Of a stretch of DNA of 64,000 bases, positions 27,118-37,960 are shown piece after piece. A program made the translations under genes and the position numbers. How positions within the stretch are numbered: the stretch's first letter is position 1; every line of letters begins with the position of its first letter. The stretch spans positions 62,001-126,000 of the IMG/VR virus record IMGVR_UViG_3300044568_006268; one strand, given 5' to 3'. Under the pieces are notes generated by a model. The model was not told where the DNA came from and made no database searches. It saw nothing but the letters and a program-made list of their open reading frames with translations. This stretch comes from an uncultured virus (IMG/VR IMGVR_UViG_3300044568_006268) (Duplodnaviria; Heunggongvirae; Uroviricota; Caudoviricetes).

Positions 27118-27618
27118 TTATAGATTAGGGAATTCTAACTTTTTGATTCCGAGATTTTCGAGAACCTCTTTCCAATTAGCAGCATTTGGCATTCCAAAGT
27201 GAATGTGCTTGCCATCGAAATCTGCAACACCATTAGCAATTCTATCGTCAACTAAATAATCACCTTTTACTAGGCCTTTGTTATGACAGAGAATTAATTT
27301 CTTATTAGCAGATTTACCAAAATGCTCTTCAACCCATTTTCTTTTTTCTGCCCAAGCTTCTGGATTAGACCAAGGTGGAGTTGATAAAATATAGGTCTCG
27401 AATTTATCTTGGAGTAAATGCCAAGCTTCGATTGCACCTTCAATAGGCTCTAAGTTTTTATAAGCGTTTGGATGTTTAAATAAACGATGTCCTTTAATAC
27501 CTTCGTTTTCTTCGAGTTCCTTAGCTCGTTTATCAAAATCACATAACACTCCGTCCATATCAATGTACATGATAGGTTTGCTAGTTTTTAAGCTAGCTCT
27601 TAAATAATCTTTTTGCAT
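27118..27618 (-). CDS. 5'(3')-deoxyribonucleotidase, HAD family
   Basis: IDMDGVLCDF, LSTPPW, GDYLVDD. Confidence 0.88.
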   Translation of the reverse strand: MQKDYLRASLKTSKPIMYIDMDGVLCDFDKRAKELEENEGIKGHRLFKHPNAYKNLEPIEGAIEAWHLLQDKFETYILSTPPWSNPEAWAEKRKWVEEHFGKSANKKLILCHNKGLVKGDYLVDDRIANGVADFDGKHIHFGMPNAANWKEVLENLGIKKLEFPNL

Positions 27619-27685
27619 TTACGTTAACATATTAAGGATTACCACTACGACAATTCCAATTATTCCTATTATAAATTTTCTCATT

Positions 27686-28018
27686 TTATTGTGTATAAAA
27701 AGACTTGACTTTCTTTACATAACCCTGTTTGTAACCAACGATAGTTCCTTCGTCATTTTCATCATAATTCCAAGTAGGAACTGGTTCAGTATTAAGATAT
27801 GAACGTAAATCTCGATGATGCACTTTCCCATGAATTGCATTGTGTGCAGGATGAGATTCAATAAAAGCACCATCCATACGGTTCCAAAGAACTACTGCCT
27901 GATGTGGCTTTCCAGTTTCCCAAGGCAACCAAACCTCTACGGTATCTCCAGCATAAATCATATTACCGTAAGAATCTCTGCCAACCCAATATGCTTTCTT
28001 GTAGTTTCTAATTGTCAT
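27686..28018 (-). CDS. YopX-like small protein
   Basis: G.DSYG..IY.GD.V. Confidence 0.55.
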   Translation of the reverse strand: MTIRNYKKAYWVGRDSYGNMIYAGDTVEVWLPWETGKPHQAVVLWNRMDGAFIESHPAHNAIHGKVHHRDLRSYLNTEPVPTWNYDENDEGTIVGYKQGYVKKVKSFYTQ

Positions 28019-28400
28019 ACTTCCATTTTAGTCGTAAATATTCCTTTCTTTCCTTTTCCTCTTCTTTCTCTTTGGCTATTTTAGCAGTAGCTTCCTTGAT
28101 TTGTCTAGCAGTTTCATTGGCCTGTTCAATAAGAATTTTTGCATCTTCAAGAATTTCTTCATCAGACATAAACAAATAATCTGATTTAAAATTCATTGAA
28201 GTTGAATCATAACTACCTCGGAAATATTCATTAGTGTTCAATGAAACTGAATTATCGTAGAAATACAATTCACCGGTATCAGCAAACATTTCCCACATTT
28301 GAAAATTTAATTTGTTTAGAATTTTTGATATTTCGTAAGCTCGTTTCTCTAAAGTTTCTTGATAGCTAATGTGATTTAAGTAATTTTCTTTCGTTATCAT
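28008..28400 (-). CDS. hypothetical protein
   Basis: 130 aa ORF. Confidence 0.65.
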   Translation of the reverse strand: MITKENYLNHISYQETLEKRAYEISKILNKLNFQMWEMFADTGELYFYDNSVSLNTNEYFRGSYDSTSMNFKSDYLFMSDEEILEDAKILIEQANETARQIKEATAKIAKEKEEEKERKEYLRLKWKYDN

Positions 28401-28408
28401 ATTTAATA

Positions 28409-29032
28409 TTAGTTAGCTAAACTTCTAAGTTTAGATATTAATTCATCTCTTTCTTTTATATAGTCTCTGGTATCAAAAGTTTCATCGTCGATTAAACGAA
28501 AATCTTCCCAAATATAATTACATTCTTCAAAATCTACAATCTTTTGATTTTCGATTAATTGAATTCCAAAATGTAAAATTCTGAGTGCGTGAAATATTCC
28601 TTTTTTGGCCGAATGTTTCCAATCATCTTTAGCTTGCAAATCGGCAATATGCCAAGAGTTAGAAGCCTTTGTAATGATTTTCTTTATCATTTCTTTATTG
28701 TTCCATTTAGAGACTTTGAATGGCCAGTTAGCTTGAATAACATTTTCTTCAGGAAGTGACAAACATTCTAATGCTGAAATATCATAGTTGTTAATGGCAT
28801 CGATAAATCCACTTCTCGAATAAAGAACTCCTTGAATGGTTCGAGTTTTATTTGATATTGCATTTTGTTTGAATGCTCCACTTTTTAACATCGAACCTTT
28901 CGTGACAATGATGTAATCATGGTCAGAGTCTTCATTTGCCGTACCATAAATTCGGCTACCATATTCATAAATGTTTAGCACATCTTCATCGATACGAAGT
29001 TCGGCTAAAATTCTTTCTGCTTCGGTTACCAT
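28409..29032 (-). CDS. pol-beta-type nucleotidyltransferase
   Basis: YGSRIYGT...SDHD. Confidence 0.8.
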   Translation of the reverse strand: MVTEAERILAELRIDEDVLNIYEYGSRIYGTANEDSDHDYIIVTKGSMLKSGAFKQNAISNKTRTIQGVLYSRSGFIDAINNYDISALECLSLPEENVIQANWPFKVSKWNNKEMIKKIITKASNSWHIADLQAKDDWKHSAKKGIFHALRILHFGIQLIENQKIVDFEECNYIWEDFRLIDDETFDTRDYIKERDELISKLRSLAN

Positions 29033-29283
29033 GATATTGTATGATAGTCTTGTTCTCTCGGATCTCTAAAATCTCCTTGATTTAGCTTAACAACAAATCC
29101 TCTAGATTCTAATTCTCTCTTCGTCAAGTTATCTAATGAAATAAAAACATTAGCCGACATTTTATTTTCTCTAACTGCAGCTTCAATAAGAGTTTGACAT
29201 TTTTGCAATTGAAGTTTTACCTTTTCTCCTAATACTGCGGTTGCTTTTGTTCTGCACATTTGTGCTGTAAAATTACTGTCCAT
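29026..29283 (-). CDS. hypothetical protein
   Basis: 85 aa ORF. Confidence 0.6.
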   Translation of the reverse strand: MDSNFTAQMCRTKATAVLGEKVKLQLQKCQTLIEAAVRENKMSANVFISLDNLTKRELESRGFVVKLNQGDFRDPREQDYHTISW

Positions 29284-30026
29284 TATTTTGCGTGTTTAAA
29301 TGTTGGGTTTAACCAAAGTCCATTAGCAAATATTAATGCTAATAAACCCGGAATTTGATTTTGGTCGATAGAAGTTAACAACTTAATAGTTGCAACGGTA
29401 TCGTGTTTCATCATTTTGAAAAGTTCTTCTCGGATTCTTTCTCCACTAACAGTAGTTCTTAATTTCTCAAGAATTTCTTCTTGTTCCATAGCTTGAAAAA
29501 TTGTGTGATGAATAAGAAATCCTTTAGTGATAGAAAATCTAATAGCTCTTAAGATTCTTAATGGATCGTCCATCATAGTTATCTTAGCATCTAGTGGAGT
29601 TCTTAAGATTTTCATTTCTAAATCTTCTTGACCGTTGAATAAATCGATAATGTTACCATCTACATCTTCAGCCATTGCATTTAGTGTAAAATCTCTTCGC
29701 ATAAGGTCATCTTCAAGAGTACCTAATTCTAGAATAGGTCTTCTAGTTCCTTCCATGTAACCAATTTCTTTTCTGGCCATTACAAAATCAGCATCTAACT
29801 TAGCGAACTTATGATCGGTTGGAAATTTAGCTCGGATAGTAAACATTTCCGGAACAGAAAGAAAGATAGTAAATCCTTGATCAGTCATCCATTTTTCCAT
29901 TTCAGCAAATCCACTTTCTACTGTTTGGTCTAAATTATCGAGTACAAAAGTAAAATCGATATCCTTAGAATTGATTCCTAGGAATGCGTCTCTTACGCAA
30001 CCTCCTACTTTGAATATCTTTGGCAT
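29283..30026 (-). CDS. cca: CCA-adding enzyme / tRNA nucleotidyltransferase
   Basis: VGGCVRD, DID, RRDFTLNAMA, DDPLRILRAIRF, ERI.EEL. Confidence 0.9.
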   Translation of the reverse strand: MPKIFKVGGCVRDAFLGINSKDIDFTFVLDNLDQTVESGFAEMEKWMTDQGFTIFLSVPEMFTIRAKFPTDHKFAKLDADFVMARKEIGYMEGTRRPILELGTLEDDLMRRDFTLNAMAEDVDGNIIDLFNGQEDLEMKILRTPLDAKITMMDDPLRILRAIRFSITKGFLIHHTIFQAMEQEEILEKLRTTVSGERIREELFKMMKHDTVATIKLLTSIDQNQIPGLLALIFANGLWLNPTFKHAK

Positions 30027-30043
30027 AATTATGTAGTTTTAAT

Positions 30044-30107
30044 TTATAAGACAAATATAACAAAAAAACTCGATACTTGGAAATATCGAGTCGAAAGTTA
30101 TTAACAA
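30044..30107 (-). promoter_or_regulatory. representative of a repeated element: TTGTTAATAAC box + hairpin + TATATTTG (-7) promoter
   Basis: Related copies near 1447, 4488, 8805, 11436, 16036, 16336, 18945, 22495, 27052, 43755, 46542, 58803 and 60340. Confidence 0.8.
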
Positions 30108-30114
30108 TTTAACG

Positions 30115-32889
30115 TTAACCTACTCCTCCTGCACCAAGTTTTCTAGGTGGCATGTTGGTAAATATCCATCCTGAGCCAGCAGTCGAAATTGCTTGATTAT
30201 TGACACTATTAAGTCCAGCATACCACGTATTAGTAGAAGGTGTTGCAATGCAATGTTGAATATTTAAGTAGTCACAATTTACTACGCCTAAAGGTGATTT
30301 TACGAGGTTAAACCCATTTACAGTATTTCCACTATTTAAAGTTATTAAATTACCAGGTGAGCCATTAACTACGAAATTACCTACGGTGAAAGTACCACCT
30401 TGTGAAAATAATAAAGAATGAGCGGCAGTTCCTATATCAATAAAATTAACACATGATAAAGTCGTGTTTATACCACAAGATCCAGTACTTCCGGCTCTGT
30501 TCCATTGTAATGTATAATATAAAGCGTTAGTTCCTCCTGAGAAATTAACAGAATTTGATGATGAATTCGTTATATTAATTGTTGCAGTTCCTCCATTAAA
30601 AGTTAAATTTGTGGAGTTTACATTCCAAACAGTACCAGTTCCAGTAATTGTCCAAGTACCACTGCCCATTGATATGTATCTCACACCAGTACCAGCGGCG
30701 GCAAAAGTTCCTAAATTATAATTACGAGATCCTTCAGTTATTATGCTTCCTATAGCAAGAGTTAATGTACCACTAACATTCAATGTACCATATGATTGTA
30801 AATTGCCATTTGATATGTTAAGAGTTGGTGTTGTTAGTGTACTATAATAAAGTAAAGAACTCGGAGATGTAGCGTTAGATAATGTTATAGACGATGTTAC
30901 GTTAGCGTTTCCTGTAAATAATACAGCTCCTTGGGCAGAATGAGTTAGAGTTGCAATCGATGCAATTCCAGTAACTTCAACCGAATTACCAAATCCTAAT
31001 ACGCTATTATTTAAAAGCATAGTACCGCTTAGAGTTAAAGAAGAATAAAAATATGTAGTATTACATGCGGTTGAAGTAAATGCCGTACCAGTAAAAGGTC
31101 CGTTAAAATAAACATATGCCGCTGAAGTAACCAGAAATGCAGCATTAGAAGAAAATCCGTCAAAATCTATCATTAACGTATTAGGTCCAGTTACGGAATC
31201 AGTTATTGTAACTGGACCCGTTACGAGAGATTTACCATTTAATGTTACGTATGCTTGATTGGAGCCAGAACCTAATACTGCAAATCCATTAAATATCATA
31301 GTAGGTGTTAATGTTGGAGTTCCTGCCGAAGCTGCAATAGTTAAATTACTACCTATGGTTAAAGTTTGACCTGCCGCATTCGACCAGATTGCGTTTGTAC
31401 CAGAAGAGAATTCTAAAGATTTAATTGTAGCAGTCGAAAATGAAACTGCAGCTCCTCCAGTATTTGTAACATAAATATCAAAGAGACCAGTAGTAGAAGC
31501 TGCTAAAGTTATAGTCGAGCCACCAGAACCACCTAAATAAACTCCGATTTGAGGATAAAAAACTGTATTAAATGATAATGTTCGAGCGACTGATAAAGAA
31601 CTAATAAGATAAACATTATTGATACCTACCGTTAGATTAGCGTTTGTAGCAGAACTAATTAAGGTTCCAGAACCTGATAGATATAAATCATTCGTTAATA
31701 TTGATCGTGGATTTGAGTTAGAACTGGATATAGCACCACAATAAATATCTCCGCCGCTTCCTGTTGTATCTATGGTGCCATTTGTAAGTATAATGCTAGC
31801 AGTTGTAATAAGACTTCCTACAGTTACGATTATTCCGGTAGCATCTGAACCACTAACGGTTATTGCGGAAGTGAAAGATTTATTATATTGATTAGATAAA
31901 TAAAAGGCCTGCACTGCCGTTGGGTTATTAATAGCAATTGGCGGTGATGCGGTGATGGTCATGGCAGAATTAAAAGAAATCGCACCATAATCGCTATTAA
32001 ATGTCATAGTGGATGTACCATTATTCCAATTCATATTTGGCGTTACTCCAGGAGAAGCATATACACCCCAATCAAAATTTTGATACATTGTGGTAGTACC
32101 AAAGTTAATTGATGCGCCACCGGTATTATGACAATAAAAATCATAGAAGTTACCGTTTGCAGTATATGAACCAGTTCCGTTTCCGGTTATATGAAAACTT
32201 ACTTTAAAAGTTCCTCCATATGAGACACTCGCAGTTGTTACCGTATTTGTTATAGTTTTAGTATCCGATGATGTATTTGTAACTTTTACGACAGATCCAT
32301 CGTTCCAACTAAAATTAGTTCCCGACACGTTCCAAACCGTTCCAGAACCGGTCACTGACATTTCATTAAGTTGAATAGTTCTTTCGACCGATCCAGCCGA
32401 AGCAAAACGACCAACGGATACATTGATACCAGGAGAATTTAGTACGATAGCTCCACCACTTAATGTTAGAGTTGCCGTTGGGGACATTGTAAAATTATCG
32501 TAAAAATTCAATACTCCGTTTATTGTGCTAACTGTAATATTAAATGTTACTATTTTTCCGTTAGATATAAAAGCAGAAAATCCGGTAGTTGTTGCAGTTC
32601 CTGTCCACGTAAGTCCCATTGAGGAACCTAAAACTATTGCATTATTACATGATACGTTTGCAGTGCCTGCTAATGTACCAGTAAATCCTGTACAATCAAG
32701 AGTTTGAAATGAGGAAGCAAGTGCGATAGTTAATGTACCTGAGCCTGATTCAGCGGTTAAATAAACATCGTCTGCTATAGTTGGTACAGTAGTAGTCCCT
32801 AGAGTACCACCTGGTCCATTATACCAGTTTGCTGCAGTTGACCACAATCCACTCCCGTTACCCGCTACATACCAATACTTAGCTGCCAT
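30115..32889 (-). CDS. large beta-rich fibre/adhesin-like protein
   Basis: 924 aa, G/S/T/N-rich beta-helix-like repeats. Confidence 0.75.
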   Translation of the reverse strand: MAAKYWYVAGNGSGLWSTAANWYNGPGGTLGTTTVPTIADDVYLTAESGSGTLTIALASSFQTLDCTGFTGTLAGTANVSCNNAIVLGSSMGLTWTGTATTTGFSAFISNGKIVTFNITVSTINGVLNFYDNFTMSPTATLTLSGGAIVLNSPGINVSVGRFASAGSVERTIQLNEMSVTGSGTVWNVSGTNFSWNDGSVVKVTNTSSDTKTITNTVTTASVSYGGTFKVSFHITGNGTGSYTANGNFYDFYCHNTGGASINFGTTTMYQNFDWGVYASPGVTPNMNWNNGTSTMTFNSDYGAISFNSAMTITASPPIAINNPTAVQAFYLSNQYNKSFTSAITVSGSDATGIIVTVGSLITTASIILTNGTIDTTGSGGDIYCGAISSSNSNPRSILTNDLYLSGSGTLISSATNANLTVGINNVYLISSLSVARTLSFNTVFYPQIGVYLGGSGGSTITLAASTTGLFDIYVTNTGGAAVSFSTATIKSLEFSSGTNAIWSNAAGQTLTIGSNLTIAASAGTPTLTPTMIFNGFAVLGSGSNQAYVTLNGKSLVTGPVTITDSVTGPNTLMIDFDGFSSNAAFLVTSAAYVYFNGPFTGTAFTSTACNTTYFYSSLTLSGTMLLNNSVLGFGNSVEVTGIASIATLTHSAQGAVLFTGNANVTSSITLSNATSPSSLLYYSTLTTPTLNISNGNLQSYGTLNVSGTLTLAIGSIITEGSRNYNLGTFAAAGTGVRYISMGSGTWTITGTGTVWNVNSTNLTFNGGTATINITNSSSNSVNFSGGTNALYYTLQWNRAGSTGSCGINTTLSCVNFIDIGTAAHSLLFSQGGTFTVGNFVVNGSPGNLITLNSGNTVNGFNLVKSPLGVVNCDYLNIQHCIATPSTNTWYAGLNSVNNQAISTAGSGWIFTNMPPRKLGAGGVG

Positions 32890-32896
32890 ATTAAAA

Positions 32897-33259
32897 TTAT
32901 GTTATAGGATCTTCAGAAGGAGGAGTTTCTTCGATAGGAGTTTCTTCGATAGGAGTTTCTTCGATAGGAGTTTCTTCGATAGGAGTTTCTTCGATAGGAG
33001 TTTCTTCTATGATTGCTCGAGTTAAATTCAATTGAGCTATCACATAATCTTCGAGTACTGAATCATCCGTACCCCATTGCAAAACTATTTCATGAGGAAT
33101 TATCATAGATCCTTCGAAGGTTTTATCATCACCTATTAATTTCCAAAATACTTCAACAGTATCTGGAAAAAGAGGAAATGAATTAACTGTTACCTCTAGT
33201 GAATCTATATTCCACCCTAAAGGATATGTGAAAGTAGAAATTGGTTGAATATTTGCCAT
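32897..33259 (-). CDS. fibre-associated protein with EETPI repeats
   Basis: ORF; WG.DD motif; repeat tail. Confidence 0.7.
   Translation of the reverse strand: MANIQPISTFTYPLGWNIDSLEVTVNSFPLFPDTVEVFWKLIGDDKTFEGSMIIPHEIVLQWGTDDSVLEDYVIAQLNLTRAIIEETPIEETPIEETPIEETPIEETPIEETPPSEDPIT
32920..33008. repeat. 15-bp tandem repeat GGAGTTTCTTCGATA, about 6 copies
   Basis: Direct reading. Confidence 0.9.
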
Positions 33260-33261
33260 CG

Positions 33262-33708
33262 TTATTTATAGAATATGTTTATGTTTAAATCGTTTAATGC
33301 TACTGCAACTGTATCGGTGTCAGCTATTCCAGTAGTTGTAGATATTGCAATTCCAGTAGAAAAATTAATACCTGCTGGATATGATACGTTTGCTCCTGAT
33401 AAAGGTGGAATAACTACCGAAAAATAAACCGATGCTCCGGCTGTAGGTGTACCCGCATTATTATGAAAGGCAACTTTTCTAGCAGAACCATTGTTATTAT
33501 AGATGTACCATCCAGTTACTTTCCCGGCACTAGATTTTATATTTGTTAGATTAGTTGAGGCAGCAGAAACTAGGTGAAATGCCGTAGCTCCACCAGTAGC
33601 AACCTCTTGTAAGGAAACATTTACCGTTGATTGATCTGGAGCTATAACAACCGGAGAAGAATTCGCTGAAGCCGTTGGTCCATTTGGATTATTAGGATTG
33701 TATGCCAT
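33262..33708 (-). CDS. putative structural protein
   Basis: Beta-rich, within the fibre cluster. Confidence 0.65.
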   Translation of the reverse strand: MAYNPNNPNGPTASANSSPVVIAPDQSTVNVSLQEVATGGATAFHLVSAASTNLTNIKSSAGKVTGWYIYNNNGSARKVAFHNNAGTPTAGASVYFSVVIPPLSGANVSYPAGINFSTGIAISTTTGIADTDTVAVALNDLNINIFYK

Positions 33709-33721
33709 TTTATTTTTTATT

Positions 33722-34879
33722 TTATATTACCCACCAGTTTGCGTTATCTGAAACTAAAGTAATTGATTCATATATTTTGTTTATTACTGCAGTAAGTCCA
33801 TCATCTATCGTTTGAGTAGAAAATGCATCAACAGTAATTGGTGGAGTACCATCTATTTTTTTAATTACTAATGTTGAAGTATTATCAATTGCAGTAGGTA
33901 GATTAACTTGAAAAGCTCCTCCAGAAGTATTACATTTTAAAATAAAGGTTCCTGCAGTTGCACTTATATTATATGTAGTAGATGCAGAATCAATTACATA
34001 ACCGCTAACACCTCCTGTTCCAGCAGGACCGGTAGCACCTTGAGGACCAGTAGCACCAACTGGACCGGTTATACCAATTCCGGTAGCTCCATTAAGACCA
34101 TCGTTTCCAGTAGGTCCAGTAGGTCCATTAAGGCCAGTAGGTCCAGTTTGACCTACTCCAGTAGCACCAGTAATTCCGATAAGACCAGTAGCACCGATAG
34201 GACCTTGAAGTCCAGTAGCACCAGTTTGTCCATTATTACCAGTAGGACCTTGAAGTCCAGTAGCACCAGTAGGACCTTGAAGTCCAGTAGCACCAGTAGG
34301 ACCTTGAAGTCCAGTAGCACCAGTTTGTCCATTATTACCGGTAGAACCTTGAATTCCAGTAGAACCAGTTTGTCCATCGTTTCCAGTAGGACCTATTCCA
34401 CCAGTCATTCCAATAGCTCCAGTTTGTCCATCATTTCCGGTAGCACCTTGAAGGCCATTGTTTCCGGTAGGACCAGTAGCTCCGGCTACACCAGGATTTC
34501 CTGTAGCACCAGTAGCTCCAATTTGACCATCATTTCCTGTAGCACCAGTAAGACCGATTTGACCATCATTTCCAGTAGGACCGGTAGGTCCAGTTACACC
34601 TGCACCGGTTGGACCGATTTGTCCATTATTTCCAGTAGGACCGGTAGGTCCTTGAATTCCAGTAGCTCCGGTTTCACCAGCACCAGTAGAACCAGTAGCA
34701 CCTTTATTTCCGTCTACCCCTGTAGGACCGGTAGCTCCTGTTTGACCTCTACTTGCTTGTAAAGTTATAGGATTACCGAGTCCATCATAATAATTTCCGT
34801 TTCCGTCTGTTTGTAAAAGATTACCAAAAGAGTTTGATACGAACTGATTGGTTAAATCAAAATCTTGATTTTGTGGCAT
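33722..34879 (-). CDS. collagen-like fibre protein
   Basis: Long G-X-T/G-X-Y tract; C-terminal LP.A...IKK.D domain. Confidence 0.9.
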   Translation of the reverse strand: MPQNQDFDLTNQFVSNSFGNLLQTDGNGNYYDGLGNPITLQASRGQTGATGPTGVDGNKGATGSTGAGETGATGIQGPTGPTGNNGQIGPTGAGVTGPTGPTGNDGQIGLTGATGNDGQIGATGATGNPGVAGATGPTGNNGLQGATGNDGQTGAIGMTGGIGPTGNDGQTGSTGIQGSTGNNGQTGATGLQGPTGATGLQGPTGATGLQGPTGNNGQTGATGLQGPIGATGLIGITGATGVGQTGPTGLNGPTGPTGNDGLNGATGIGITGPVGATGPQGATGPAGTGGVSGYVIDSASTTYNISATAGTFILKCNTSGGAFQVNLPTAIDNTSTLVIKKIDGTPPITVDAFSTQTIDDGLTAVINKIYESITLVSDNANWWVI

Positions 34880-34881
34880 TG

Positions 34882-35418
34882 TTATCTAATATTAGAAATT
34901 CTAACTCCAACTTTTGGTGCGGTCTCAACCGATTCCGTAACCTTAACCGTTACTTTCTTAGAGCTAGTAGCTACAAAAGTATCTTCCCAAGGATTAAATA
35001 CCATGTCATCAGCTATAACTTCAAGTTTTATTTTTCCTATCTCATTTTCTAACAGAAAATTCATTTTACGTAAAGGTATTTCACAATGTCCTTTATCGTC
35101 AATAGTACCTTCAAACATATAAGTCATATCCTTACTTTCAATAATAACTCTAGCCTTACTATTTGCTGGATTAGCTCCTGATATTTCCATATCACAAATA
35201 AACGTTTCAGTTTTATCTCTAAATACTTTATATCCGGTAACAGGTTCTTCAACTATAGGTGTGATAGATTCCTGTATTTTTTGAGGTTCTCTGATTGGTG
35301 GAGTATTGATTTCCGGCTTTTCATCGATAACAACCGTTTCTAATACAGGTTCGTTTTCAATGGATTCGGTAGATCTTTCTTTAGCTAATTTAGCCATGAA
35401 TGTTTCGAAACTTTCCAT
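34882..35418 (-). CDS. putative virion protein
   Basis: 178 aa ORF. Confidence 0.65.
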   Translation of the reverse strand: MESFETFMAKLAKERSTESIENEPVLETVVIDEKPEINTPPIREPQKIQESITPIVEEPVTGYKVFRDKTETFICDMEISGANPANSKARVIIESKDMTYMFEGTIDDKGHCEIPLRKMNFLLENEIGKIKLEVIADDMVFNPWEDTFVATSSKKVTVKVTESVETAPKVGVRISNIR

Positions 35419-35436
35419 TTAGTGTGTTGCTTTTTG

Positions 35437-35805
35437 TTATATATCCTTCCTACTAATGTGAGTAAGTTTTACTTGCGGTTTAAGGACTTCTTCAATAGTT
35501 CGATCTATTTCAGTCAAAGTCATTACGCATTCAGGATTTCTTTCTTTTAATTGATGAGATGTAATACCATTAACTCTACATATAAGATTGACGAATTTCT
35601 TATATTCTTTACCGGTTAAGGCTTGCTTTACTATTTCCTGTGGCGGCAAATAAACATGCTTAGCTGCCGGATTTGTTAAATTTGCATTTACTCCTCCTAA
35701 TGCATCACGAACTTTTATCGTAATTGCTACATCATCCCATGTATAATATGCACCTATCCATTCCTCATTCAAATTAGACCATTTGAAATATATCTTTTCG
35801 TCCAT
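35437..35805 (-). CDS. hypothetical protein
   Basis: 122 aa ORF. Confidence 0.65.
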   Translation of the reverse strand: MDEKIYFKWSNLNEEWIGAYYTWDDVAITIKVRDALGGVNANLTNPAAKHVYLPPQEIVKQALTGKEYKKFVNLICRVNGITSHQLKERNPECVMTLTEIDRTIEEVLKPQVKLTHISRKDI

Positions 35806-35835
35806 TTCTATTATATGTTAATAACTTCAAAAAGA

Positions 35836-36309
35836 TTATTTAGGAGTATCGTATTTTTCGAGAATAGATGTCATCTTTTTTAGTATAGGCTTTTGATTTA
35901 CAGGCACTATAGTTTTCTTAATTTGTACAATAGGTTCAGGTTCTCGAACGCTTCTCAAAACTCGAATAGTATCGTAAGGATTGTCTCTTTCTATTTCGTT
36001 AACTTCGGGTCTTCGTACTAAAGTTCTTTCGACTAGAGTTTGAGGTTTAAGTGAGAGCATACTATCTAAAAGGCGTTTTACTTCTAAAATATCTTTTGTC
36101 TTTTTATTGCTATCATCCATTATTTGATTATTCAATTTTAGTTGATTAGCATAAGTAACCATCATTGAATCATATTGAGTAGATATTGATAAACAATCGT
36201 CAGTTTTAAAATACGAAGTACCTATAGCAGTCATCGAACTAAAGATAACTGCTATGATAAATGCCCATATTCTTTGTTTTGGTGTTAGTGATTTTATAAC
36301 TTCAAACAT
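35836..36309 (-). CDS. membrane-anchored coiled-coil protein (spanin-like candidate)
   Basis: N-terminal TM, next to an endolysin. Confidence 0.5.
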   Translation of the reverse strand: MFEVIKSLTPKQRIWAFIIAVIFSSMTAIGTSYFKTDDCLSISTQYDSMMVTYANQLKLNNQIMDDSNKKTKDILEVKRLLDSMLSLKPQTLVERTLVRRPEVNEIERDNPYDTIRVLRSVREPEPIVQIKKTIVPVNQKPILKKMTSILEKYDTPK

Positions 36310-36317
36310 AATTAAAA

Positions 36318-36935
36318 TTATTTGTATGGCGCATATTTAGGTAGGCCCTTAACTCTAACGCAACGTAGAATTTGTTTTCTTTGTTTGCCAGTGGATTCGT
36401 AACTCACATGAACCCAATTTGGATTTATATCATTACCATATTCCCATATAAGCTGGTCAAATTCTAAATTATCTTTAATAAAATCAAAGACCATTTTATT
36501 AGTAATTCCTGTACCTGCAGAATCTTGGTCTAAATCTAAAGCTTCACCAGTACTGTGTTGTGAAGTTAAAGATGCTCCTGGTGTAGCAGCATTTAGGGCT
36601 TTGCTTCTATATCCCGAAGATATTAAAATAGGTTTACCAAAATGTAAACGAATAGGTTCAAAAACCTTTTCGGCTATTAATTTCAAATTAGCCAAATGTT
36701 CAGGAGATGGGGTATTGTCTATTCCAAGGCGTTTTGCTTCACCGGAATTAGTTACTTCGCTAAGCGAAAGGTGTGCACTTAATTTCATAGGATATATTAT
36801 TTTTCTGTCTTCTAATTCTTCCGTTATGATTCGATTCATCATAATTTGAGCATCATCAGGTTTAACACCGGCACGAATTAACATCGATAGTATCTTCATG
36901 CCAAATTCCATTTGGTCATCTGATAATCTTGACAT
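36318..36935 (-). CDS. peptidase M15A endolysin
   Basis: SSGYR, SQH..G.A.D, WVHVS. Confidence 0.88.
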   Translation of the reverse strand: MSRLSDDQMEFGMKILSMLIRAGVKPDDAQIMMNRIITEELEDRKIIYPMKLSAHLSLSEVTNSGEAKRLGIDNTPSPEHLANLKLIAEKVFEPIRLHFGKPILISSGYRSKALNAATPGASLTSQHSTGEALDLDQDSAGTGITNKMVFDFIKDNLEFDQLIWEYGNDINPNWVHVSYESTGKQRKQILRCVRVKGLPKYAPYK

Positions 36936-36941
36936 CGCTAT

Positions 36942-37517
36942 TTAGCTATTTTTATTCTCGGATGCATATTTTACACCCATAATCGTACCTACGATAGAGA
37001 ATGCGTTTGTGAGTAGAATACCAAACATATTAGACCAAGTCGAACCTATGATTTGAGTGTCTTTACCAGTAAACATTGCAACACTGTACATAATCGTTGT
37101 TATTATTCCAACGCTCATAATTACAACTAAAGCTACTTTGACGATTGTTCCAATTAATTCAGTTTGTGATTTTTTCTGAATAATATCTAAGTCGTTTAAA
37201 GCTGCGTCTTTTGCTACTAATGCCTCAGTTTTAGAATTCTCTGCTTCTTGAAGAGCAATCTTAAGGTCTTCGTTTATACGTATGTTTTCTTCCTCGGATG
37301 CTAATAATTCTCGATTTCTTTCTTGTACTTGTTTAGTAACTTCTAATCGTTTCCTTCTAGCATCTTTGTCCTTTTCTAAAGCCGTTGAAAGATAATCTGA
37401 AAATTCTTTATCACCTTCTTCGGGCTCTATAACTTTAAGTAAGTTACCTTCAATAGCAACTCGTTTAGTCTTTTGAATTTCAAGTAAAAAATCTCGGATT
37501 ACTTTATTTACTTTCAT
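36942..37517 (-). CDS. coiled-coil plus 2-TM membrane protein (holin-like candidate)
   Basis: Coiled coil, then two TM helices; overlaps the receiver gene stop. Confidence 0.65.
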   Translation of the reverse strand: MKVNKVIRDFLLEIQKTKRVAIEGNLLKVIEPEEGDKEFSDYLSTALEKDKDARRKRLEVTKQVQERNRELLASEEENIRINEDLKIALQEAENSKTEALVAKDAALNDLDIIQKKSQTELIGTIVKVALVVIMSVGIITTIMYSVAMFTGKDTQIIGSTWSNMFGILLTNAFSIVGTIMGVKYASENKNS

Positions 37518-37948
37518 TATTTATAAACTTTGAACGGCGCAGTTCTATTTTTATAACCTTCAAAATCTTTTTTAAATTCCTCTAGTCTAGGTTCGATGTC
37601 GTCAGATTTGATTATCCAGAATTGAGCTCCAGATTTAACGGCTTTTGCTTGTTCTTCTGGCTCATTAGATGATGAGATGATTCCAATAACCACGTTATTA
37701 CCATACTCAAAGTTTATCTTACGAATAAGCTCGATACCATCATACGAAGAACCTATGATATTAAGATCTACGAAAACACATTCAGGTTTTCCTTCAGGAT
37801 CTTTTTGCCAACCTGAAAATAGTTTAGCAGCTTCGTCTGAGCTATCTATAGACTCAAGAGAAAGTGAAATATCTAAAAGACTGCAAGCGTCTTCGAAAAC
37901 TAAGTGAAAAAGACTTTCGTCATCTACTAGTAAAATTGAATCAATCAT
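37517..37948 (-). CDS. single-domain response regulator (receiver)
   Basis: ILLVDDE, VFVDLN (phospho-Asp), DGIEL, ISSS, IIK. Confidence 0.92.
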   Translation of the reverse strand: MIDSILLVDDESLFHLVFEDACSLLDISLSLESIDSSDEAAKLFSGWQKDPEGKPECVFVDLNIIGSSYDGIELIRKINFEYGNNVVIGIISSSNEPEEQAKAVKSGAQFWIIKSDDIEPRLEEFKKDFEGYKNRTAPFKVYK

Positions 37949-37960
37949 TTTTGTTTTATG

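Noticed and set aside
34153..34377. Repetitive 74 aa ORF within the collagen gene
   Set aside because: Alternative frame of the 27-bp collagen repeats
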